A stretch of 63,810 nucleotides of DNA, counting the filler, from Reticulomyxa filosa (taxonomy: Eukaryota > Protista > Foraminifera), in assembly GCA_000512085.1 (NCBI GenBank). It is 18 parts of 18 records of this genome, joined end to end, with 100 filler letters (N's around TTAATTAATTAA, not from the genome) between each part and the next. Parts side by side here need not be neighbours in the genome. Positions count along the whole stretch, not along the records: positions 8,574 to 25,121 come from ASPP01001562.1; positions 25,222 to 28,746 come from ASPP01006850.1; 16 more parts are not named here. One strand, 5' to 3'. The notes below the pieces were generated by a model. The model had not been told where the DNA came from. It did not search any database and saw nothing but the letters and a program-made list of their open reading frames with translations. The position numbers and the translations under genes are program-made. Shown piece after piece: positions 11,415-25,317 of the stretch (position 1 is its first letter; each line of letters opens with the position of its first letter).

Positions 11415-14400
11415 ATGGCAACAAACAACGCTGGGAAAAAAGCAATGCCACAAAGAGGTCGCAGATTGAAAGTATCAATGTTGAAAGAGCAACAAGCACA
11501 GCAGACAACCGGCAACAATGAAGCGCAAAGTGAAAGTAACTCTGAGGAAAAGATACGAAACGATGACATATCACAAAACAAAACAAAACCAAGCCTAAAA
11601 AAAAGACCTCTTAAAACCACGCGCCAAACACGCATTTCAAGTGACGACAATAGCGGATACAATAGCGATGATTCGAGCAGCAATACTACAAATATTGCGG
11701 GTATTGACCTCCCACCGGGTCCGATGAACAAAAGAAGACGAAAATATTCTTGGAGTGGCACAGCACCCACTCGAGATAGCACAGCAAAAGTACCTACGTT
11801 GAAAAGGCGCACTGTAAAAGAGATTGACAATGTTACAAATGTTAAGTGTAATACGAATATGGAAACGGACAACGAAGAAAGTTCACCCAATCAAAATATA
11901 AGTGTTGCTGCGGTTAAGTGACATATCTGGATTTAAGTTCTTTTGCCAAAGATAAAAAGAAAATTGGTGTGCGAACATTTCGAAATAGGAAGCTTCACAT
12001 GAAATAGAAAGTGAGCAAACTGCAGCCGAAAAGTATCAAAAATTGGATGATATGAACAAATTGTTGGGTGAAAATAACAAAACGTTGGCCAGCAAAATAA
12101 ATCTCCTAAAAAAGAAAATCTTGTCCGACAGTGAGTCGATGAAAACACTGAACCATCAGATTAAAACCATCACAAATTTGAAAGATATGATAACCAAAGA
12201 AAAAGAAGACGTAGCAGTTTGCTTTGATCTTTTTATACGTATTTAAAAAAAAGAATCGGCAGCATTACATAAAACCACAGACTCAGTTAGCCTCAAGTGT
12301 CGAAAAGATTCGCTTGTTGGAAAATGAAAAGATTAAATTGAATCAAGAAGTTTCTGTTTGCCTAAATTTGTGCATATTTTTTTTTTTAAAAATAAACATA
12401 AAAAAAGATCAGCGGATTAGAAGCAAAATGTAAAAATGCACCAGCATTACGAACACAAGAATTTCAACAGTTGCGAGAGGAAATGTCAGCAGCCGCAGAA
12501 GAGTTGAAGGTTAGTGTATTATCTTGTCTTGCCCTCTCCCTTAAGAAAATTTAAAAAGGAAACAAACAACAATAATACAAAAAGGCTGAAAATATAAAAT
12601 TGAAAAACGAAGTCCTGGAGCTTCAAAAAAAATCACAATTAAACCAAATTTCCTCAAAAGCGGTTTAGCAAATACATCATGTTACAAAAAACACAAAAGA
12701 ATAAACAACACAGTGAAATCGGGTTGTTGTTTTGAAACAAGATTGAAAGAGAACAAAAACGTGTCCAAGAATATCAAAAAGAGATTGAACAAATTCGAAA
12801 AGAACACAAGAGAGAATTGGAGTTGATACTTCAGCAAAAAAAAGACTGTGAAAAAGAAGTCGAGGATTTGTCTGAAGAAGCAAAACAAACCACAAATCTG
12901 CTTCAAACAGAAAGGCAGCAAAGACTGGTCTGGATAACAGCATAAACCACTTTTTTGTTTTTCACTTCCTTCTTTTGTTCAACACACAAACAAAGCCATT
13001 CATTAATATTTAAAACACAGATTTCCTTAATTGACAAAATTGATACGTCTTTTTTTACTTACTTTTTTACAAAGTCTTTTTTTTGGCGTGAGATATAAAT
13101 CACAGATCCCATTTCTTAATTTTTTTGTGCGTGGTTTTGTTTTTGAAATATGTAAGTTTTGTTGGAAAAAATCTGTTTCAACAGAAATTGGACTCCAAAT
13201 TTAAAGAATTACAAGAAAATGTAAAGCAATGGAAGCAAAATATGGAAGTTTAGCTCTTACAATGTACACTTTGAAAAAAGTCTTTGATTTGGTGTGAAAA
13301 TAATTGCGATACGTCTTTTGCAAACAATTTTGTAGGCTCGTCTGGAAAGCAAAAACAATGAGGTCAAAAATTTAAATACACAAGCGGAAGAATATCAAGT
13401 TAAGTGTCATGCGCACGCAAGAATTAATCATATTTAATTTTATTTATTTGTTTGTGTTGTTTATTGCAAATAGAAATCGTTGAGAGAAATAACTGAAAAG
13501 ATGACGAATTTGGAAAGCTTGTGTCAGAAACAACACATAGTTAAGCATGTGTGAGTATTTTTTTGCATTGCATTAGCAAAGCCAAGCGACTATGGACACA
13601 TCAATTAATAATATAGGAAAAAAGTGAGCACGAAAAACTTATGGACGAAATGAGAAACGAAAAAAGTAAACATGAAAAAATGATTGAAAAATTCGAAACA
13701 TACAAAAGTGACAATACACAAATGGCAAAAGAAATATTCAAAGTTATGACCCCAAAACAATATCTTTTTATGAGCATGTTTTTGTGCTTGTGTTGCTTGC
13801 AAAATGAGGTCGTTTGTAAAAATAAACAGCTACGTGCCGAACTGAAAGAAAATCAAACAGAAAAGCAAAAACTTGTAGAGACGTCTCAAGCATTGCGCGA
13901 AAATGTGGCAATACTACAAGATAAACTCAAAAAAATAGCATCCGAAATTGAACAAGTTCGTTTGTGCTTATTTGTTATGAGATGTTTGAGTGCTATTGTT
14001 AAGAGGAATAAATACAAACACGACAATTCCAAAGTGTAAAATACAAATGGCCAAGAAAGGACATGACGAATTGAAACAAGCAGAAAAAAAGTTACAAGAT
14101 GCAATAAATGACAATGATCAATTAAAACAGCAACATCACAGCTTAAGTAAGGAGTTAAACGTACTTCAAGATCAACTGTTGAAAAAAATGGTACGGTGTG
14201 AAGAATTAGAAAAACATGTCGAAGTTACCTATGAACGAGAGAGAAGTAATCACAATGAATATCTCAAACTTAAAACAGACTATACAGCTAAGTAGCGAAA
14301 ATGACTGATTTAATCTGTTTTTGCGCTGTTTGACCTTTTTTTGTTTTTTTTTCAGAAATTAAGAGAACAAGCGAGCCGATCTGTCAAAGCGTCCAAAACT

Positions 14401-14712
14401 GCTTTTGATCTCTTTACTACAAAAATAAAATTGCTGAAATCTACAATTGAAGATACTCGCTTAAAAGACACTACGTTGCTTGAAAAAAGCGACAGTGAAG
14501 AGGTGACCCAACTAGACAAAAACGAAAAAGACGACACGTCTGAAATTAGCGAAGAATATAGTGTGGGGAAAGGGCAAGAGTTTGGTGGAGAAACGTCTGA
14601 AGTGTCTGGTGACGATGAACTAGAGCTATCAGACCAGGGGGGATTCCGATATACGACACGACAAAAGTCAGGAAATTTTCAATCATTTGAAGGAACTGTT
14701 CGCCGAAAATAA
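11415..14712 (+). CDS. Large multi-exon coiled-coil protein
   Basis: Disordered basic/Ser-rich first exon (11415 to about 11912), then many short heptad-rich E/K/Q exons with GT-AG borders (e.g. 12008-, 13316-13398, 14050-14290, 14357-14712). Confidence 0.65.
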
Positions 14713-15071
14713 CGAGTTTGATTACAATGAATCATTTAAGTCGATTATGTCTCTGTAATTGTTAAAATGTTGGGAATCAATTTTAGTGGATATTTAAATG
14801 CTCCGTGTGAGCAAAGGCAAGGTTTCTCTTTTTTTCTCCTTTTTAATTGGTAACAAAGTTTATTCGAAGCGACCAGCACTTTTTTTCATTCACTGCGCAT
14901 AAGTTATATATTTCTTTTTGGTTACTGTTCCAAAGTTTTTGGCGAATGACAGGAAATCAAAAAATATGAAAACAATCTCTTAGCCAACAGCAAAGGGGTT
15001 TCTCCAACAACAAAAAACATTATCCTGCATCTGAGGGAAAATATTAATTTCCGAGAGCAAACGATTAAAAT

Positions 15072-16744
15072 ATGTCGTTTAAATCGCAAGGCAACGTAAC
15101 AGCGACGAAGGAGTTTCTTGGCAATGATCCCTTCGAGCCGCAAAAATATGACCCAAAACAAACAGAAGTCATTGAAAAGCAATTGATGGCTTCGAGTTAG
15201 TGCTACTGTAGAATAAACGAACAGAAAATATCAAATGTGAAAGCACAAAAAAAGTGATGGCTTGTTGTTGTGTTGTGATATTGTGCACGTTGGGAACGTA
15301 AAGGAATTGTGGGGAACAAAGACAAGGGAATGAAAAAATTGGTTCCGAGAGCGCGACGTTTAACGAATTTCGAGAAATTGACAAGCAAATAAAGCGCGAG
15401 CAAGTAAAGGCAGAAGGAGGTATTGGAGCGAGTTTGGACGACCACGAAAGCGACGAGAGGAAGCAACAGAAAAATGTGATATACTTTGAGGAAATGAACA
15501 CAGGAGCGCAGCCATTCGAAGCCCTGTTGGACTGTTATCAGACATTGAAAAACATGTATACAAAAATTGAAGAGATGCGTATTCAATTGGAAATCCAAAA
15601 CGAAACGCATATCGGTGCACAAAAAAAGTATTGGCAAATGGCAGCACAAATGAGATTGAAAGCAGACAAGCTGTACAAGGCATTGGAATTGAAAAGACAA
15701 GAAATGAAGGCATTAAACGAAAAATTGGCCGAATGTGAAGAGGTGATATCCGTGAGCAAGCAATATTGCAATGAAATGGACAGCTGCTTGAATGATATGA
15801 AAATTGCAACCAATCGAAAACTCAATGAACAGAAAATCTACTATTGCAACATCTTGAGTGAGTTGAGTTCATTGAATAACGAAATTAAGAGGTATTATGG
15901 CATGATCGATGAGACCACCAAAGAACATCAAAAGTTGCGCGCAATGGTATTTATCAAGGAAGCGCGATTGTCCCACATGACCGCCAAAGGGAGTGCCTTG
16001 CAAGGCAAAATCGGTAATATCAGTCGCGAGTTGAAAACGATCGAAAGCAACTTGAATACTGCCTACAAAATGAAAGCTTTGGAGGTTCATCGTAATGCTA
16101 TCATCAATGAAATGCTAAAAATGGAAGTCATGAAATCAGAACAAATTCAGTCTATGTATCGACTCAATGCCATTGAGGAACGTATCAAGTCCCATCAATT
16201 TGAAAAAAAATTAAATACCATTCGCAAACATGCCTTTCCTGTCAGTGCCAACTTGCAAGATAAGCTCGAGGCGGTGCAACGCAATGCTATTGAAATGAGA
16301 GACGACATGCAAAGGCTGCACGCCGTTCTTGATAACGACTCTTCTGCTCAAGGAGACGTCCCTGACGATGCAAAAGATGAAGCTAAAAATCGTCAAGTCA
16401 TTGACACGAATATCAAAAAAAGACAAGAGTTCATCAAGAAAACAAAACGCAAAATGTCGTTCATTGATGAAATGTTAACAGTCTTGAATGACGAAAAAAA
16501 GATGGGATTACTCAAAGACTTTCAAACCGAAATGGAAAAAAATACCTTTGAAGTCAAACACAAGAAAGGAAATCGTAGTCAATTGGGTATTCTTGAAGAA
16601 GTGATTGCCCAAGACGAAATTGTTGAAGAAAAAGAAAACTGGAGCGATAATGACAGTGTGCGAATGCACCAAGACGTGGAAAATGACACTGAACTTGAAG
16701 TTGACACTGATAGGGAGACCGAAAGCACCTTTGCCAGAATTTAA
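15072..16744 (+). CDS. Coiled-coil protein
   Basis: 436-aa heptad-rich ORF 15434-16744 stays open upstream to about 15304. Probable first exon from ATG 15072 (MSFKSQGNVTATKEFLGNDPF). Confidence 0.65.
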
Positions 16745-17384
16745 TTTTTCAATTTTTGGTTTGCAGTGTTTTTTTGGAATAAACAACGTTGGCAAAGAAC
16801 AAAAAAAAGGGGAGGAAAAATTGTGAAAATTTTTTTATTTTGTGAAAGTAATGATTTGGTGTTTTACTCAAATGATCTGTTTCTTCAAAGCATTTCAACA
16901 AAAAAATATTTTTAATTTTTGAGTTTGTAAACATTTATTCAATTTGATCATAAGTACGTCACTGAACATTGCAAAAAACTTGTTCTAAGGTCCATTTTGA
17001 TGGCACAACTGTTACAAACATGGAGTCTGATGCACACCAAAAATGGGTACAAAAACGTTCGGAGTAACAAATACAGTTTATTTTATTTTTTTTGCAAGTA
17101 GTGGATTTGTCATTTGTAAAAGTATTCCTAAACAATGGCATAAATTTGCAAGCGAGTACAATGAATATTCTTCACTGTGTCCATGAAAATTGAATATTCA
17201 CAAACACAAACACTTGCTCTCTCGGTCGCCAAGTTGGAATAAGATATGTTAAGATTGGCTGTTTTGATTTTTTGTTTATTTTTTATTGTTTTTTTTAAGT
17301 TAAAAACTAAAACAAAACAAACAAAAACAAACAACAAAAAGTGTTCGATAATTTCGTTTTGAGATTCTGACACGTTATCCCCCA

Positions 17385-17912
17385 TCATTTCGTTCCACGT
17401 TTTTTTCCATCTGTTATTTAAGAACGCAACAAACAAAACTATACTGTTTCTTTGTCATTTTGAAATGAGCTAACAGATACCATACCTTTTTGCTTTTGAG
17501 CAGCCGCTTCTAGAACTTTCTGGAAAACATTGGCGTGTTTCAATAAGTCAGGCAATAGAAATAAACGAACTTGTGAGCCTCTGATAAATACAGTTGACAT
17601 TTTGTTTATTTGTCCATTTTTGCTGCGATATGTAACGTCTTTTAATTCAATGTTCATGTTCTCCTAAAAAAATAAAAAGAAGAGAAAAGAAAAAAAGCAC
17701 ATCTACTTTTTGTTTGCGAAATGTCGTTTTGGTTTCGTGGCAATTTCCGCAACAGATTTTTATCCACTTGACTTTCGTTGAAAAAACGTTACCTCAGTTG
17801 ATGAAAGTCTGCCACGAAATGTTTCGCCAGTGACGAGCTCGACTGTTACGATATGACCTTCTCCTTCCTGCAATACTTTCACAGGAACTGAAACACGCGG
17901 TGCTGCGGACAT
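17385..17912 (-). CDS. SNRPD3: Small nuclear ribonucleoprotein Sm D3 (3 exons)
   Basis: MSAAPRVSVPVKVLQEGEGHIVTVELVTGETFRGRL, then ENMNIELKDVT...VFIRGSQVRLFLLPDLLKHA (Sm1 and Sm2 motifs). Intron 17664-17792; probable last exon gives DGKKRGTK*. Confidence 0.92.
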
Positions 17913-18321
17913 TTCTGAAAGTTAATAATTTATGAAAATACCCTTCATCAAAAATTGGGCTGGTTCATTTTGGTTATTTTTTATTTGTGGGAATAGGACT
18001 CTAAAAGAAAGGCTGGACGAACAATAATTGACATTTTATTTTTTCTGTTGACTTCAATAGTTCCATGGTGAAAAGAGTTTGTATTTTAAACAATTGATTG
18101 TTCCTCGGCCTTGGAAAGAAATGGAACTTTGGTATGTGAACTCGAGGAACGAAGAAGAAGAAGAAGAAAAAAAGATAAACTGACAAGTTGGACAGATAAA
18201 AATGGCACAAGCAAAACAAACCAAAGCAAAGAAAAACTGATAGAACGAAAATACAAACGACAACCAAAAACTTTGAAATAAATTGCTTAAAAAAAAAAGA
18301 AAGGATAGAAGTGCAGGACAC

Positions 18322-20011
18322 TTATTGATCAACAACAAAAGTACGAGAAGGCGATAAGAAGTCATTCAAAGCTTGTGATTTCCTAGCCTCAGGATGGTCT
18401 TGCAAAAGACAATTTAAATACTTTGTGAGCTTGGTCTGTCTTTCTTCAATTACTTTTTTGTCCGTGGAGGTTTTCAAAATGCCTTTACCAGGAAACTTTG
18501 CTTCCGTCTGAATGCCTAACTTTTTCATCTGCCATCAAACATTTAAATATAGCATACACCACATTGTACCAACCAAGCACTCTTTCCAAGTTGTTTTTTT
18601 TTTTCAAAAAAAAAATCTTCCCGCGAGACAAACAAACATGTAGTCATTTAATTTCTATATATATATATATTTTTTTTTTTTTGTGAGTAAACTTCGTCGT
18701 GCAATTTGTAGAACTCATTGTAGCGTTTGCTTAAAATCCATTCGTTTTCCCCTTCGGTGACCCATACTTCATACAATGCAAAAGCGCGTTTATTGAACGG
18801 CTGAACCACTCTCGCGGACTCCACTTTGACATTTGTCTTGGTGGAGAGTCTCACGGTTGGTGGTTCATACATGTAAGGAATAAAAGGCTACATCATCACA
18901 ACAACAATAATAATAATAATAAAAATAAATAAAAAATAATAAAAACTTTTCTATTTCAAAAAAAAAAAAAAACTTCATAGTGGTCTTCTTGTTTGTTATC
19001 CTCGTCTGCGTCCTTGACCTCCTCTTGGTTTGCGTCGTCGTCATCATGATCCTCCTTTTGCTGGGACTCGTCTGGAATGTCCGCGTCGCTGCTGCGGGCG
19101 GTGTGGTTACCATTGGCGACGACGTCGCTCATGGACACTTGCACGACGTTGTTGAGCTCTCGAATGCCAATGAATATATCATGCGCGTCGTCGTCTTCAA
19201 CTCCGAGATTGGACAAGTCGATGCGATCCAGGCCTCTCAGCACCTTCCCGTCCACTTTGCTTTCCAAAAACAATTGGTGGTACTTCTCAAACCGTTGCGG
19301 CGTCCCCAGTGTCCGTCCGTAGTTCGACAGCCAGCTCAACACGTCTTCCACCGTCCATTCTTTCAGCTGCACGCTCTAATCTCAAACCAAATACATTCAC
19401 GTACATAACAGCACATATACAGGAATATGCATAGGAAGAGAAAAAAAAAGGGGACAAGGAACATATGCATATATATCCATATATACATATATATATATGT
19501 TATGTATATACATATACATATGTATATATGACAGTGAACAGTAGACACATGCAACATGTGACCGAGATTGTGGTGTGAACGAGTAATGAGGAGACATGAT
19601 TCAAACTTTTTGGCTTTTGTGATGAGGATTGGTCCCCAAACCCGCCATCAGATGATTCATTTCTTCTCGGATGAACATTGTTTGCTCCGATTCGCTGTGC
19701 TCTTTGTTCTTCTCATTTTCGTCTTCTTCGCTGAATCTTCGAAACGTCACTTTGTATGGAATAGTCTGGTTACGGAACTCTTCCAATGCTTCTGCACTTG
19801 TTTTGTTCAACAACGTCTTACCATTTAATGCTGTCAACACGTCCCCGGGCTGCAGTCCTAATTTTGCACCCAAACTGCCTTCCAGAACCATATGAACCAC
19901 TACCGTCTCTCCATGGTCTGCATGTGCAAACTTCACCCCCAAAGGACGTTCTGATATCTCTACTTCAAAGTCATGCATGTAGCTTTTTTTTCCTCCCTCC
20001 AATTTTTCCAC
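18322..20011 (-). CDS. PDZ-SAM-PX domain protein (multi-exon)
   Basis: PDZ-like RPLGVKF...VLEGSLGAKLGLQPGDVLTALNG; SAM WTVEDVLSWL...YHQLFLESKVDGKVLRGL...LSNLGV; PX FALYEVWV...WILSKRYNEFYKLHDE and KFPGKG...VIEERQTKLTKYLNCLL...LNDFL. True start lies upstream of 20011. Confidence 0.85.
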
Positions 20012-21325
20012 GCTTCCCCTTTCACGTCTCTACTCGTAGCGCAAACAAAAAAAACGCAGTTATATGTGCTATTATTAAATACTATATCTTGTTTGCGATA
20101 TATTTTTCCTTTCTGTAATGATTTGTGTCAGTTAAGCTATTTTTTTTAGAGCAAACATAATTACAATACAGGGGACATTTGTCGAAGTGAACGAACGCGA
20201 TACGGCAAATAATCTTTGATAAATGTGCGACAGAAACTAATTATTTGGATTTGTAAGCAACATTATTCGAAAACTATTTTTCAATAAAAATGGAGTCAGC
20301 TATATAGTCTGTATATTCAAAGTCGGTGTTACAGGCAAAAATATTTTTCACATCAGCATTGTAATAGTAGCAATTGCTTGTAATTATATTTACCCAAATA
20401 TTGTGAAATCTTACATATTACTTAAAATTTGTTAGACATGGCTTATGCTCCTTTTCATGAAAGTATATACTCAGCAAAAATATATCAGACTGGCTCCAAG
20501 GTAAATATACTGTTTGATGATGCGATGTATACTTTGTAAAATTGAGGATGGCATTTACAAAAGAATAAATTCACTACAATTGTCACTAACTCAAGTAAGT
20601 GATTAACGAAGAAAAAGAAGCAATAGTAATTTCGATATATAGTGTCGCTCAAAGATGTGTTAATCTGAGAAGCCATTCCAATATAGTAAAACTGTAATGA
20701 CACACAAAAACAGATAATTGATCAATTTTAACAAAGTACTGATAAAAATAAGCAATGATACCAAAAGAAAGTGTTATGTTTGATCAATGTTGTGAAGTAT
20801 GATTTGTTTGCATTCAAAAAAAAGGTATTGCGACTAAGTGACTTACCTTCAGCGTCTCAATTGTAATGTTTTCTTGTCTCAAAGTTGTTTATTTTTTAAG
20901 AAGAAGTGTGTGTGTCCAGATTTGGTAGTTACAAGCTAATCTATGTAAAAACAGAATTTTTTTCCGTTCAAAAAAACAAAAACAAAAAATTTGAGTTGCT
21001 CTGCTATTATACAAGTCGGAAATGAAGTAACAATTACAATCGGACGCCTAACAAAGACGACCATCCATATACCAAGCAAACGCACCAACTGAGCAATGAC
21101 CACACAAAGCCATTACAACACAACATTAATAAGAGGGAGGGCATGAAATGGAAACAAAAACCACACGAGAGAGAGAACAATAGGAAAAAAACAAACGACA
21201 ATGACACCAGTAAAACATACACTAAAAAAATTGTATTATATGCGTGTAAAATAATATAAAAAACGACGATACGAGTTATTTACAGCTTTACACTATGGAA
21301 AAAAAAAAAAAGAGTTAATAATTAA

Positions 21326-23011
21326 TTAAGGACAGTAAGTAGCCCATTTAGGCAATTTTTCCCCTTGAGCCAGTTTGCACCACATTGCATTTGGACTTGC
21401 ATTGTTGGCATCATCCAGCCAAGGATGCAATAGACAAACTTGTGCACTTGGACGATGTTCAGCAGCGACAGTCAATAGAGACTTCACAAAGTGCATTGCC
21501 AACGGACTCACGTAGCGGTCACTTCCACTTGGAAAATGCCATACGCCGTGGCGCACTTTGTGTTTGACTTCTTTTGCAGAAGATCCATAGAACAAACGTT
21601 TTCCAGTCAACATCTCATAAGCGAGTACTCCTACTGCCCAAATGTCGGATGCTTTTTTTTTCAATTTTTTTTCAGTTTACAAAAAAATATCCTAACACAA
21701 TATAACCAAATTGTACCTTTACATTCCCAGCCGCAGAGACGGCGTTTGTGACACTCTGGTGACATGTAAAATAAGGTTCCAACACGTCCAGGGTGCAAGT
21801 GTCTCTCCTTGACATTCAATAGCCCATTTCCAAAATCTATTAACTTAATGTCTGATATTGTCATCTCGACATAATCACTTTTGCATTGTTTCGTCACTGT
21901 GGTTAACGTCACGTTTTCAGGCTTTATGTCCCTATCAAATATTTTTTTTTGGCAGCCAAAAACGTACCACATAACGTATACAAAAAAAAGACGGTTCATA
22001 GAAACACTAAAAAAAAATTATGGCCATAATAAAAATCAAATGCTACGCACAGACATGCTTTTTTTTTTCCAAAGAGATGAGAATAATAACAACAAAAGTG
22101 AACCTGTGAACAATTTGATGACAATGCATGAAATGAAGCGTATCCAACAGCGATTTAACCACAAATTGAGCATGACTTTCAATCAATTTTTGGTATTGCT
22201 TAATCAATGCTGTTTTGCAAATCACACAAGATACAATAAAGAACCTTTTTTTTTTTTTATAAAAAAAATTCTCTCTTTTAAAAAAGAAATATAACATACT
22301 GAAAAGATCGACTTGAGCTAATTCCAAAGATAAAACGAAATGCGAGGGACTAATGAAAGCCCCACAAAGCCTATGTTGAGAGGGAAAAAAGAATTGCCAG
22401 TTCAACTCACAACTTTTAAAAATACAAAACAATGGATATTTTGTAACTGGATTACTCCTGGGCACTTCAACTTGTTCAAATTGGACAACACTTCCCATTC
22501 TTGCTTGAAAAAAATTTTATTGTTCGGGATGGATATCTTTTTGTTTGTTTTATTTATTCAACATCTCACTTCATTTTTTTTTGTCGGGCCTCTCCCTTTC
22601 CCTTTGTGTGTATACGTATAAATATGTATACGTAAATATTTTCTTTTTTTTAGAGTGAAAAGATGGCCACAGAACTGGCATCATCTTTAAAGCGTAACAT
22701 TGGCCAGAGAGTGTCTCTTTTGCTGAATATGTCGAACAGGTGATACCACATCCCAATTTGCTCAGAAATAGAAATTGTGCTGTGCCGCTAATCGCTTCCG
22801 TGCTTGCAAAGTCGCATTCGAAATTGGACTCGGCGTACTCCTCATTGTCCTCCTTCATTTTCAGCGCCTGTGATGAAACGAGACACGTATCGTTGGTTGA
22901 CAGAGAGGACTTTCTTTTCCCGAGCCTTGGAGTGTCCAAAGTTTTGTTCGACAGGGTGTTGCCACTATTGACACTCTGCGAAGTATTCAAGGTAGGGGCG
23001 AAGGAAGACAT
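21326..23011 (-). CDS. Ser/Thr protein kinase, CAMK-like (multi-exon)
   Basis: LGCGITCS, YALK, IVHR|DIKPENV, IKLIDFG, GTLFYMSPE, SDIWAVGVLAYEMLTG and RPSAQVCLLHPWL. Confidence 0.9.
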
Positions 23012-24329
23012 GTAATTTGTTGTTGCAAATTCAACCTTTTATTTTGTCTTATTGTCTTTCACTTGCTTCTTCCTTACAAGCGCAGCAAAGTCCCTCGACG
23101 TAAAAGTTCACGGAAAACTACAAAAAAAGGACTTCTTACTTGATAGCCATTCGTTTGCGGTTTGAATGAAGAGTTAGAAACTTTGCTGAAGTAATGCTAT
23201 GGAATTCCATTCAATGGTTATAGATTGTGATGTTTGCGACAAACGCATACTTACCATGCAACTGAAAACAAAAGATTAAAATTTTGACGTTCATATTCTT
23301 TTTAAAAAAGAGAAATGACTATGTTATTTAACATTGAAGATTTACATTTTTACTATCACTTTTTTTCAAAAGAAAAAAATGCAAAAAATAAAAGAATTTG
23401 TGATACATTGATTATCGAGCAAAACGATTTAGAAAATGATGAAAATTGCATTGATAATTTACACTGTTAGTTTCAGTAGTGAATATAAATGCAAAAATGC
23501 ATTGTTAATTATACAAGTGAAGCATGATTTTACATATTAAGAAAATATGAAAATGAGTAATTCAGTATTCGAAATGAATTGTTAAAGATTACAATCGACG
23601 GCTAAAAAATCACCCTAAAATGAACGCATATGAACATTTATGCGTTTCATCATGAAAAATCAACATTTATTCAAAATTCTTTTTTTTTAAATAACATATA
23701 CTCAATCGTGGAGAATCCAAAAATGTATTGATTTTTAATAAAAGTGTATAAAACCTAATTTTTTAAAAAATATCTATAAACTGTAGTTTTTAAATATGAT
23801 TTTGGTTTTTTATTAAATTTTTCATAATTGTTGAAAAATTTATTTAATCAGTATGCAAACATATATGCGATAATAAGCATCCAATCGATGCAAAACAATA
23901 TTTTCGAATGATTGAGCATAAATAAGAATGTGTAAATATCGTTTATGACAATTGTAGTTAAATTTCATTTTATTTGTCTAAGATCGATTCTATTCCGTAA
24001 AAAATGGATTCAATTAATGGAAATTCAGGAATGGTGCAGACTAAAGTATGAACTTTTTGTGTTTCTAACGAAAATTTTAGTAGCAAATTGTGATTATTTT
24101 TTCTGTTTTACTGGATATACGTTTACACTTTTATAAGTAGTTTGTAAAAACAATAAACAAAAATTTAGAAAAGTTATTGTAAGAAAAAAATTTTCAAAAA
24201 TGATTGGAATTGAGGCACCATATCCAAATCACCTTGCGGTAGGTAGCAGAATGTATTTGCTTTTTAAAATTATTTACAAGAAGAGGCTTCCACAGTAGAT
24301 ATAATAACTACCGTTACAACTAACAAAAA

Positions 24330-25121
24330 TTCTTAATATTTCGTATGCTTTGATCAAAGCTTTTATCCTATCAGACATGGATTACACTAACGTTCTATAA
24401 ATATCTTTGTCAATATCTTAATATTCTTTCTCAAACACCTCACAAAGCTGCTCCAAAGATGTAATCTTATGATTTTGGTGGATTTTCATATTTATAATTC
24501 GCCACAGATTTTCGATTAGATTGAGGTCTGTGCTCTGCGGAGGATATTCTAAGAGTGCTATTCATGATTCTTCAAAAATGTAATAGTTGAATTTAATTTG
24601 TGATAAGATGCATTGTCTTGCTGAAAGATAAAGTCCTATTGATACTTTTTTTTGGGACAATATTGACGATAGTTTTATGTTTCGTCAGTGAAAATCTCTT
24701 TATACAACTCAGAGTTAACAGTTCATATGATTTTGGCAGCATCACTGACTACTTTTGCCCACATGGATCCACAAATCGTCATGCTTCCTCCATCACCTTT
24801 TAAAGTAGGCTTAGTAGTACGATCGGAAATCATTTCATTAGGCCTTCGCCATATTCTTTTCTGTCACTTCCGAAACGATTTATTTTCGTTTCATCGGAAA
24901 AAATCACTTTTATAAACTAACTTTTGGTCTAAACGTAACTTTTTATGGCGCTTAGTGGATTTTGAAATGTTCTTCACAATGCTAACAAAGAACGCTCTTT
25001 TATATGTTCGTGCGAGTAGTCGCTGCAATCTAATGCTGTTTATGCCTCTCCAGAGTAAATTAAGCGCTTCGCAAGCATGTATTCCAGACAGCTTGTGAGT
25101 CATGACTAGAAGCCAAAGAAT
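24330..25121 (-). mobile_element. Degenerate Tc1/mariner (Tc1-type DD34E) transposase remnant
   Basis: Minus-strand reading gives VIFSDETKINRFGSD (about 24890-24907), KPTLKGDGGSMTICG, FIFQQDNASYH (about 24609-24630), YPPQSTDLNLIENLW (about 24502-24545) and LV*SMSDRIKALIKA, with stops and frameshifts. Confidence 0.88.
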
Positions 25122-25317
25122 NNNNNNNNNNNNNNNNNNNNNNNNNNNNNNNNNNNNNNNNNNNNTTAATTAATTAANNNNNNNNNNNNNNNNNNNNNNN
25201 NNNNNNNNNNNNNNNNNNNNNTTTTTTTTTTTTTTTTTTCAAAAAACAAGATGTACAACCAATCAAAAAAGTAATTTTTTTTTTTTTTTTTAGGGTTTTG
25301 ATGTTGATACGATCCTG

